DNA from: Lytechinus pictus
Lineage: Eukaryota
Length of the DNA: 64,000 nt
Reading direction: 5' to 3'
Assembly: GCF_037042905.1 (NCBI RefSeq)
Contig: NC_087251.1
Coordinates: forward strand, 37,946,001-38,010,000
A model generated the notes under the pieces. That model had not been told where the DNA came from, searched no databases, and saw nothing but the letters and a program-made list of their open reading frames with translations. Position numbers and translations under genes: made by a program. Of the stretch, positions 1 to 9,600 are shown in pieces. Position 1 is the stretch's first letter, and each line of letters opens with the position of its first letter.

Positions 1-287
1 CTAAGCACTTTCCTAATCATGAACAGGATAGGTATATACAGTAACTTACAATTGATCGGAAACAAAATTGAGGTTTCTGACCTGAAAAGGGACACTGTTC
101 ATGTTTTGTAAATCAGGAAAAGGATGTTTCATTGGATATCTTCCTACATTAATAATGTGAGCGCGAAGCGCTAGCAGAAACATTTTGATATTCTGATCTG
201 AAACTTTATAATTCAAGCACGTTTTGAATATATAAAAAAAGCTGCGTATCTGAACAAAAATGCGTGCGCGTGTTGAGATTTAGATTA

Positions 288-440
288 GGGCCCTGTTGCA
301 TAAAAGTTTATGTATTGATTTATGTCATGATTTATGTCACGATTTATGTCATACAGCATAAATCACGCTATAAAATCATGACATAAATCCATTTGAATGA
401 CATAAATTTATGTTGTGATTAAAATCAAGACATAAGCGGC
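288..440. repeat. 12-bp direct and inverted repeat cluster, possible MITE terminus
   Basis: GATTTATGTCAY three times at 317-352, with inverted copies ATGACATAAATY at 378-389 and 397-408. It is preceded by a terminus-like GGGCCCTGTTGCATAAAAG (288-306), whose partner was not found in the window. Confidence 0.55.
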
Positions 441-859
441 GGCTTTCCGCAAGAAGTGACTTAAGGGTAATTTCACGATTATTTTTTTTTTATTATGCCC
501 TCTGTAATTTGATGATATTTTGAGTTTTACTTGGACTTTCGAAATAATGTTTGTGTCATTGGATAGCGTATGATGTATTCTTTCAATATTTGAAAAACTA
601 ACAATCATAAATATTTCCCTTATTTTTATAACCAAAACTAGGCCTAAGCTTAATAGTGAATGTGTTTACTTCGTTGAGGATAGGACATTTTCCTTAGAAT
701 AATATCATAATTTAAATATCAACGTCACATATTTTACAAGCACCACCCCTCCCCCCCAAAATAATGCTAATAACTCTGACTTTCAGTCTAGAATCGCCCC
801 TTTTGTGCTTAATTCAGATGTGATTAAACAAGAAGTTTGCTACACACATTTGCTGATTT

Positions 860-1472
860 CAAGTCCGGTGTTGGCGTTGATGTTGGAAGTTGGATATTCC
901 CCCTAGCTCCAAAACATATTTTGTGTGTTGGAAATCATGTTACCATGGTAACGGCATACTATATGACAAAAAATGGTAAAACATTTTCAGGTTTAATTAC
1001 TTCATCAATTTTCAACCAATTCTCATGAAATTTGGTTCACACATTAAGTTAGAAGTAAAGGTGTGACAGACACATATTTTGTGTGTGTCGAAAATTGTGT
1101 TGCCATGGTTACAACATATTATAGGCCCCAAATTAGGTAAAAATCTATTGGTTCCAACTACTTGATTAGTTTTCAACCAATTCTCATGAAATTTTGCTCA
1201 CACATTTGCCTCGAGGTAAAGATGTACAAGACATATTTTTGCATGTGTCGGAAATCGTGTTGCCATGGTAACATTATACAATATTTCCAAAATTAGGCAA
1301 AAATCTTGAGGTTCAAACTACTTCATCAGCAATTCTCATGACTTGATCACACATACATGTAGGTCTTGGGTAAAGATGGGCAATAAATATATTTTTTACA
1401 TGTGTTGGAAACTGTTGCCATGATAACGGCGTAGGGCAGGGGTATTAATCACCTTCATTGATAGTTCTAGTT
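860..1472 (+). mobile_element. Helitron/Helentron-like non-autonomous element with about 3.5 diverged 160-bp internal repeats
   Basis: GTTRCCATGRTWAC palindromes at 939, 1099, 1259 and 1414 (periods 160, 160, 155), with repeated CAATTCTCATGA blocks. The 3' end has a short stem ATCA-CCTTCAT-TGAT followed by CTAG-TTT (1467-1473). The left boundary is uncertain. Confidence 0.6.
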
Positions 1473-1820
1473 TAAGTTACCCCAAAATTTTGCTTGCTCG
1501 CAGTTTTTTGAAATTTTGCCCTTTACACCATGTCTGCCCTATAAAAATTTAAATTCCTGAAGCCACCCCTTTAAACTAAAAGAAAACTCCTTTGCAGAGA
1601 ACAATATTTATATCAGTCATCCCCAAACCATTAACTCCGATTGACAACTATGCATATATCCCTGTAATAATTTATTCATTATTTTTTTAATTCTATATAA
1701 TTTCAGTTGTCTATTTTATAAGCGTGTCATGGAACCCTCTTGCCTGAGCAGTTTGGGCGAGGGTTACACATTTGGAAGCACAGTGGGGCAATTTCGTCAA
1801 GAAAATATTTGACATAAAAT

Positions 1821-1821
1821 A

Positions 1822-1852
<31 letters not shown>

Positions 1853-1855
1853 ATA
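1821..1855. repeat. (ATAA)n microsatellite
   Basis: About 8.5 perfect ATAA units read directly. Confidence 0.95.
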
Positions 1856-2199
1856 GGCCTAAATAAAAATGTTCCTCACTTCAGAACAATGGTCTAATCC
1901 GATGGTTTGGTTTATTGTTTTTTGCTAAGAAAAAAATAAAAGAGATACGGTTTTCCTTGCCCAAAACTGGCCAAGATGGGGCGATGGGGGGGGGGGCACT
2001 TTAAAAAAAATGCCCACTTATTGTCCAAATTTCAAGAGGAGTGCATATGAGGGGCCACTACTCATCACAGCTTTGTGCCTAAATTGGGACACATTCATGC
2101 CACCTGTATCCCTTGATCCATGCCTCTGTCACCCATCATTTATATTTTTTTCATCTTTAAGCACCTGGCCATTTTCTTTCTATCTCTCATGAAATGTAA

Positions 2200-2530
2200 C
2201 CAACCCCTTCCCCAAAAATGCTTTATCATATTTTTCCATTTCATTATCTTCCACCCTCCGAGGTTGGCCCACTATCATTCTCGAAATTTATCTCTTTAAT
2301 TCTCTATACATCTCTCTACCTCTGTTAATGACTTCTTCACATTTCTACTTTTTTCCTCTCCCTTCTCCCATTCTAATTCACCTCGCCTCTCTCTCTCTCT
2401 TTCTCTCATTATTCCTTATACAGTGTAATTTTTGCATATCTGGATCTTTCAAATTTTTTCATGATATTTCCTTTTCATTTCTCGCCCTTGCTAATTCAAA
2501 TCTTCATCTCAATCAATTATTTTTCTAATT
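2200..2530. repeat. Pyrimidine-rich low-complexity tract including (CT)n
   Basis: Strong C/T bias on the + strand, with a (CT)n run at about 2387-2400. Confidence 0.6.
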
Positions 2531-2548
2531 TGACAATTCATGGGACAA

Positions 2549-3285
2549 CTATTGGTTTTAACTGGTATCAATTGGTTTGATATTCCAGTATGGTTAATGG
2601 GTTTTTTAAGTGGGTTATGGGAGGTCTATGGGTTTCAACTGGCATAATCTGTTCCATATTGGTTTATGGGTTTTAACTGGAATCAGCTGGTTGATATATC
2701 AGTAAGGCCTATTGGTTTTAGCTGGTATCAATTGGTTTGATATTCCAGTATGGTTAATGGGTTTCAAGTGGATATGGGAGGTCTATGGTTTCAACTGGTA
2801 CATTCTGGTCCAGTTTGGTTTATGGGTGTTTACTGGAATCAACTGGTAGATATATCAGTAAGGCCTATTGATTCTAACTGGTATCAATTGGTTAAATGAT
2901 ATACCAGTATGGTTAATGGGTTTAAGATGGCATTAACTGGTATATGCACCCATTGAGTTTCTATGGGTTCCAACTGGCATCAAATGGTCCAGTTTGGCTT
3001 ATGGGTTTTAAACTGGAATATATTGGTAGATAAACCAGCAAGGCCTATTGGTTTTAACTGGTATTAACTGGTGTACTAATTTATACCAGACATAGTTAAT
3101 TGGTTTCAACTGGAATCAACTTGCATGTTTTCAGCATGTCCAGTTGGGACAATTGGTTTCAACTGGAATATACTGGTATGATGGGAGTTTACCAGTTGTG
3201 CCAATTGGTTTCAACTGGTCCCAGTTAAATCCAGTTGAAACCAGTTAAAATTTCAACTGGTTTCAACTGTTTTTTTTTACCTGGG
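2549..3285. repeat. Diverged tandem repeat (about 156-180-bp units built from AACTGG/ATTGG subrepeats), probably the body and one end of a MITE-like element
   Basis: Unit starts at 2551, 2711, 2867 and 3047; the first two share ATTGGTTTTARCTGGTATCAATTGGTTTGATATTCCAGTATGGTTAATGG. It ends in a perfect 15-bp inverted repeat (3232-3246 / 3255-3269) followed by a T-run and ACCTGGG. Confidence 0.75.
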
Positions 3286-4190
3286 TTCAGAGTTTATAAA
3301 AAAATAATCCTCATGTACAATTTTTTACAAATATTAATTACTATTTCTAGTAGGGAAACGTGTGTTCTGAGGGGCAAATCATATTTTAACCCCACCCCTC
3401 TTCCTCCCGATTCATTGAAAGCAACAAAACAAAGAGATGAAGCAAAAAGAATGACATTTTGTGTAAATTTATTACTTTTAAAATAAATACACACCAAAAT
3501 TTGTAAAACAATATAATCTTTTCACCTGTCCCATGTCCTTTAATCATGACTGTATAAACATGATTAAAAGAGGTACATACACATACAAAAATATTTCTTA
3601 ATCAGTTGTTAACACTTAATGTATAAAATATAAGAAAAAATTATAATTCATAATTATTTTTTGCTTTTTTAAAGTAGTTTCAACTTGTCTTTTAATTTAC
3701 TTGATTTATTTGGGTTCAATATACATTTAAGAAAATTCACGTACTGCTAGCTTGCTTCAATTGAGTGAATCTAACTTAATTCGGCAAAGATGATTATTAC
3801 TTATAAAATCATGTTGAATGTACTTATATTTTCAATTAACGCCTTATTGAAATAATGCATGAATATTCATTAGAGCAAGTCATTTTTTTTTTTACTGTCA
3901 TATGCCTATCTATTTGTGTTTGAAATTGTTTTGGATAAGGGTGTGCATTTTATTCTTTTGTTGAATTAAAGATTGAGCAACATTAAATTTAGCAGAAAAT
4001 TTCAGATTTCTTTTTAGGTTTTCGGAAAATGCTTATATTATTCTCATTGTTTTATTTGTAAGAATGAAACGATCGCGTATAAATATCTGTCAGTACCTAT
4101 ACATGTACAGGTAAGTGACAATGCACAAAGTCTAATATTTGGATAAAAGATGTCTAAGATGAAAATGATGCCACTAAAAGTGGGACGATG

Positions 4191-4229
4191 GGGGGAGCGG
4201 ACTTTTTAATCACGAAAGTCCACTCCCCC
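4191..4229. other. GC-rich inverted repeat (hairpin/cruciform)
   Basis: GGGGGAGCGGACTTT (4191-4205) pairs with AAAGTCCACTCCCCC (4215-4229) at 14 of 15 positions around a 9-nt loop. Confidence 0.75.
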
Positions 4230-4299
4230 ATTTGATTTTTTCAAATATTTTAGTGATTGTTTTACTTAATTGAATTAAGTTATTGTAACTTAATTTTCT

Positions 4300-4432
4300 T
4301 GAGTAAAAATGGATGCAAAGAAAAAAAAGTAAATTTTACTTAAAACTGCCAAACTCATAAATACTGGAAAAAATTTAAGTAATTTTTTGCCACAATTTTA
4401 TACAGTCATTTCAACTATTTTTTTTTACAGTG
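4300..4432. mobile_element. Possible truncated DNA-transposon/MITE end with a CACTG-type terminus
   Basis: Ends in a T-run plus ACAGTG at 4432 (reverse complement CACTGTAAAAAAA). No partner terminus was seen and the left boundary is a guess. Confidence 0.3.
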
Positions 4433-4620
4433 TCGATTCAAATGAAATATATTATTCATATCCTAAATGAATACAATACCTAAATCAAGTGTACAACTTC
4501 AAACATGACATATAATACATTAAAAAAAAAACATGAATAACTATATCGCATTTGTATGCTTATTAAGAGAAAGATTTCTGTAAGATTTCATGAAGAGGAA
4601 CTCACAGTGATGTAATTTAT

Positions 4621-4725
4621 TCTTATTCTCCTTTTCTCCTCTTCCACCCCTCCTCTTCTATTTCTTCATAATCTTCTTCTCCTCTTCCTTCTTTGTCGCC
4701 TTCTTTTCTACTTATTGTTCCTTTG
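4621..4725. repeat. Degenerate (CTT/CCT)n low-complexity tract
   Basis: TCTTCTTCTCCTCTTCCTTCTTT-type runs. Confidence 0.7.
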
Positions 4726-4869
4726 TATTATGACTTATCATCATTATCATTATAATAATTTTATGATAAAAATCATAAAAAGGTATCCACAATATCAATA
4801 TAATGATTATTATCTTTCAAAAATGAAAATGAGTACTTTGGTTAATTTTACAAAGCGTTTAGAGAATAC

Positions 4870-4967
4870 TTAAGTCAGTGAACAGTCATCATGGTCATAT
4901 AGTTCCCTTGCCAGGTGCAACCAGGTCCATGGCGTCACGTCTTCAAAAGTCTTGACTCTTGAACAAT
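4870..4967 (-). other. Exon-like segment (possible terminal exon)
   Basis: Minus-strand acceptor CTTCTTATTTCAG|ATTG at 4968/4967 in a GC-richer island. One frame is open (CSRVKTFEDVTPWTWLHLARELYDHDDCSLT*) to TAA at 4872-4870. AATAAA lies downstream on the minus strand at 4621-4616. Confidence 0.35.
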
Positions 4968-5121
4968 CTGAAATAAGAAGAATCAGTGCAAACCACGTTA
5001 GCAGCTCAACTTGATAATAGCAGAGTGTTCACATTCATGTACAGTATGTATGATTTATGGAAGAGCCTTATGATGTTGCAATCACTGGCTTAAATTAAAA
5101 AAAAGATAGAATGTGAAATTA

Positions 5122-5726
5122 AAACAAGTGGAATGCCTCGATCTGGCCGTCTCACCTGCATCACGCGATTCAATATAGCAGCAGTGCTGATTTTGAAAAC
5201 TACTATAACTCGCACAAGATGTTCAGTGATACTTGGTTACTCTTATTTCCACGTTTTATGAACTAAACCCATACACTTATAGAGATATGATGGCAATTCA
5301 ACAAATACCCCAAACGTGGCCAAAGTTCTTTGACCTTACATGACCTTTGACCTTGATCATGTGACCTGAAACTTGCACAGGATGTTCAGTAATACTTGAT
5401 TACTATTATGTCCAAGTTTCATGAATCAGATCCATAAACTTTCAAAGTTATGATGGTAATTCAACAGATACCCCCAATTCGGCCAAAGTTCATTGACCCT
5501 AAATGACCTTTGACCTTGGTCATGTGACATGAAACTCAGGCAGGATGTTTAATAATACTTGATTAACATTATGGCCAAGTTTCATGAACTAGGTCCATAT
5601 ACTTTCTAAGTTATGCTGTCATTTCAAAAACTTAACCTCATCAGGTTAAGATTTGGTGTTGACGCCGCCGCCGCCGTCGGAAAAGCGGCGCCTATAGTCT
5701 CACTCTGCTATGCAGGTGAGACCAAA
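5122..5726 (-). mobile_element. Non-autonomous Helentron-associated (HINE/DINE-1-like) element with internal 163-bp tandem repeats
   Basis: Perfect 13-bp subterminal inverted repeats GTCTCACCTGCAT (5149-5161) and ATGCAGGTGAGAC (5710-5722). A partial copy GTCTCACTCTGC (5697-5708) forms a terminal hairpin. There is a (GCC)n microsatellite at about 5663-5677 and internal units with GATGTT at 5218, 5381 and 5544. The minus strand ends CTTGTTTT, both ends lie in T/A runs, and there is no ORF. Confidence 0.8.
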
Positions 5727-5801
5727 ATAAATATTACCCTACAGTATACTTGTATTTACAAGTAGAATGTTCAATAAATACATCTTTATATACAAACTCA
5801 C

Positions 5802-5946
5802 CTTCATACTAGAAGCTTGACCCCCTTATCCAAAGAGAGATTTCTTGTTCAATGGCACACAGTGGCAGAGTGTCTGGACTTCCATCTCCTTCCAGTTGCT
5901 GTCCCCCTCTTTCTTTCTACCTCTTCTCACCGTTTGTGTGGTTCAC
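5802..5946 (-). other. Exon-like segment (145 nt), non-coding or pseudogenised
   Basis: The minus strand reads TTCACTTTTCTAACAG|GTGAAC...ATGAAG|GTGAGT, giving a canonical acceptor and donor around a GC-richer island. All three frames contain stop codons. Confidence 0.45.
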
Positions 5947-6621
5947 CTGTTAGAAAAGTGAATACCAAATTTTTCTATAGTAACAGATGAGAATGAATTC
6001 ATATGTACATTTTGTATCAACAACAACAACTGAAGTCCCTTCTTTAAAAAATATTGTTATCATTACAGATTTTGTCAAATATATTTGACAGGGGTGTTGG
6101 ACTTTTGGTACAGTTTCACTGGCTATTATAAGAACTGTGTAAAAATGAATTCTATCCATGAGTGCATTGTGAATGAGGTCTAGTCATTCAACCTTGAAAT
6201 GGTTTGATGAACACACTAAGAATCAGGGTTCAAATTTTAGCCTTAGGGGTTGGTACAGTAAGGGGTGCTAGAGAGAGCAATGCTCATTTGTGCACCTTCA
6301 TGGGTGTAACATAAGCTACATTAAGCACCATATAGGGTGCAGATTTGAACCATGTAATGAAAGTTTTTTTTTTTTTGAACATTTTTAATGTTTAAGTATT
6401 ATACACCTTAAAAGGTAAAATGTTGCCCCTTTTATTGTGCAAACGAACATTTCTGGGTGCAAACAATAATAAGGACAATTTCACCTTTTATCACTTAGGG
6501 TGCAATATTACAAGGAGAGTACAAGTGTTTCATTTAGCCTTCAAATTTTTTAACTTAGAAAAATATGTTAGGAAAATGATTTACAAACGCAATATATGAA
6601 TACTTCAAATGAAGATACATG

Positions 6622-9600
6622 TAGCATCCTAACCGATTATTACAGCGAGAATCAAGAGGATCCAGTGAGTTTGAATTTTCGACCCCCTCGCCCCACCCGC
6701 GACATGGAAAATTGGGCAAAATTGGCAAAAATTGAGCAAAATAATATTTGTTCAATATTTCCCCCGAAACTCCCCCAAATCAGCCGTCTTCACTCCCTGG
6801 GATGTTTTAGCATCCTAACGGATTATTACAGTGAGAATCAAGAGGATCCAGTGAGTTTGAATTTTCGACCCCCTCGCCCCACCCGCGACATGGAAAATTG
6901 GGCAAAATTGGCCAAAATTGAGCAAAATATTATTTGTTCAATATTTCCCCCGAAACCCCCCCAAATCATCCGTCTTCGCTCCCTGGGATGTTTTAGCATC
7001 CTAACCGATTATTACAGTGAGAATCAAGAGGATCCAGGGAGTTTGAATTTTCGACCCCCTCGCCCCACCCGCGACATGGAAAATTGGGCAAAATTGGGCA
7101 AAATTGAGCAAAATAATATTTGTTCAATATTTCCCCCGAAACCCCCCCAAATCAGCCGTCTTCGCTCCCTGGGATGTTTTATCATCCTAACCGATTATTA
7201 CAGCGAGAATCAAGAGAATCAAGAGGATCCAGGGAGTTTGAATTTTCAACCCCCTCGCCCCACCCGCGACATGGAAAATTGGGCAAAATTGGCCAAAATT
7301 CAGCAAAATAATATTTGTTCAATATTTCCCCCGAAACCCCCCCAAATCAGCCGTCTTCACTCCCTGGGATGTTTTAGCATCCTAACGGATTATTACAGTG
7401 AGAATCAAGAGGATCCAGTGAGTTTGAATTTTCGACCCCCTCGCCCCACCCGCGACATGGAAAATTGGGCAAAATTGGCCAAAATTGAGCAAAATAATAA
7501 TTATTCAATATTTCCCCCGAAACCCCCCCAAATCAGCCGTCTTCGCTCCCTGGGATGTTTTATCATCCTAACCGATTATTACAGCGAGAATCAAGAGAAT
7601 CAAGAGGATCCAGGGAGTTTGAATTTTCGACCCCCTCGCCCCACCCGCGACATCGAAAATTGGGCAAAATTGGCCAAAATTGAGCAAAATAATATTTGTT
7701 CAATATTTCCCCCGAAACCCCCCCCAAATCAGCCGTCTTCGCTCCCTGGGATGTTTTAACATCCTAACCGATTATTACAGCGAGAATCAAATGGATCCAG
7801 GGAGTTTGAATTTTCGACCCCCTCGCCCCACCCGCGACATGGAAAATTGGGCAAAATTGGCCAAAATTGAGCAAAATAATATTTGTTCAATAATTCCCCC
7901 GAAACCCCCCCAAATCAGCCGTCTTCGCTCCCTGGGATGTTTTAGCATCCTAACCGATTACTACAGCGAGAATCATGAGGATCCAGGGAGTTTGAATTTT
8001 CGACCCCCTCGCCCCACCCGCGACATGGAAAATTGGGCAAAATTGAGCAAAATATTATTTGTTCAATATTTCCCCCGAAACCCCCCCAAATCAGCCGTCG
8101 TCGCTCCCTGGGATGTTTTAGCATCCTAACCGATTACTACAGCGAGAATCATGAGGATCCAGGGAGTTTGAATTTTCGACCCCCTCGCCCCACCCGCGAC
8201 ATGGAAAATTGGGCAAAATTGAGCAAAATATTATTTGTTCAATATTTCCCCCGAAACCCCCCCAAATCAGCCGTCTTCGCTCCCTGGGATGTTTTAGCAT
8301 CCTAACCGATTATTACAGCGAGAATCAAGAGAATCAAGACGATCCAAGGAGTTTGAATTTTCGACCCCCTCGCCCCACCCGCGACATGGAAAATTGGGCA
8401 AAATTTGACAAAATTGAGCAAAATAATATTTGTTGAATATTTCCCCCGAAACCCCCCCAAATCAGCCAACTTCGCTCCCTGGGATGTTTAAGCATCCTAA
8501 CCGATTATTACAGCGAGAATCAAGAGGATCCAGGGAGTTTGAATTTTCGACCCCCTCGCCCCACCCGCGACATGGAAAATTGGGCAAAATTTGCCAAAAT
8601 TGAGCAAAATAATATTTGTTCAATATTTCCCCCGAAACCCCCCCAAATCAGCCAACTTCGCTCCCTGGGATGTTTAAGCATCCTAACCGATTATTACAGC
8701 GAGAATCAAGAGGATCCAGGGAGTTTGAATTTTCGACCCCATTGCCCCACCCGCGACATGGAAAATTGGGCAAAATTGAGCAAAATAATATTTGTTCAAT
8801 ATTTCCCCCGAAACCCCCCCAAATCAGCCGTCTTCGCTCCCTGGGATGTTTTAGCATCCTAACCGATTATTACAGTGAGAATCAAGAGGATCCAGTGAGT
8901 TTGAATTTTCGACCCCCTCGCCCCACCCGCGACATGGAAAATTGGGCAAAATTGGCCAAAATTGAGCAAAATATTATTTGTTCAATATTTCCCCCGAAAC
9001 CCCCCCAAATCAGCCGTCGTCCCTCCCTGGGATGTTTTAGCATCCTAACCGATTATCACAGCGAGAATCAAGAGGATCCAGGGAGTTTGAATTTTCGACC
9101 CCCACGCCCCACCCGCGACATGGAAAATTGGGCAAAAATGGCCAAAATTGAGCAAAATAATATTTGTTCAATATTTCCCCCGAAACCCCTCCAAATCAGC
9201 CGTCTTCCCTCCCTGGGATGTTTTATCATCCTAACCGATTATTACAGCGAGAATCAAGAGAATCAAGAGGATCCAGGGAGTTTGAATTTTCGACCCCCTC
9301 GCCCCACCCGCGACATGGAAAATTGGGCAAAATTGGCCAAAATTGAGCAAAATAATATTTGTTCAATAATTCCCCCGAAACCCCCCCAAATCAGCCGTCT
9401 TCGCTCCCTGGGATGTTTTAGCATCCTAACCGATTACTACAGCGAGAATCATGAGGATCCAGGGAGTTTGAATATTCGACCCCCTCGCCCCACCCGCGAC
9501 ATGGAAAATTGGGCAAATTTTGCCAAAATTGAGCAAAATATTATTTGTTCAATATTTCCCCCGAAACCCCCCAAATCAGCCGTCGTCGCTCCCTGGGATG

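Noticed and set aside
1..285. Possible interspersed repeat remnant (GAGCGCGAAGCGC and GAYCTGAAA motifs)
   Set aside because: It is truncated by the window edge and cannot be classified from this sequence alone.
1281..1306. AATATTTCCAAAATTAGGCAAAAATC resembling the satellite's CCAAAATTGAGCAAAAT
   Set aside because: The match is short and AT-rich and does not extend, so it is insufficient to claim homology.
408..6159. Short flank ORFs of 60-83 aa
   Set aside because: They lie in repeats or low-complexity AT-rich DNA, are of chance length, and show no recognisable motif.
6212..6520. Recurring GGGTGC/GCACC motifs suggesting an old MITE just before the array
   Set aside because: Too degenerate to define termini or a period by eye.
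6627..6634. Telomere-like CCTAACC in the monomer
   Set aside because: It is a single partial unit, not tandem (CCCTAA)n.
6622..6807. Monomer as a tandem 5S, tRNA, snRNA or SL RNA gene
   Set aside because: No cloverleaf or recognisable RNA sequence. GAGTTTGAATTTTC only loosely resembles a Pol III B box and lacks the TTCRA core. An Rfam/Infernal search would be decisive.
6960..7000. CENP-B box in CTTCGCTCCCTGGGATG
   Set aside because: TTCG is present, but the required A and CGGG of NTTCGNNNNANNCGGGN are not at the right spacing.
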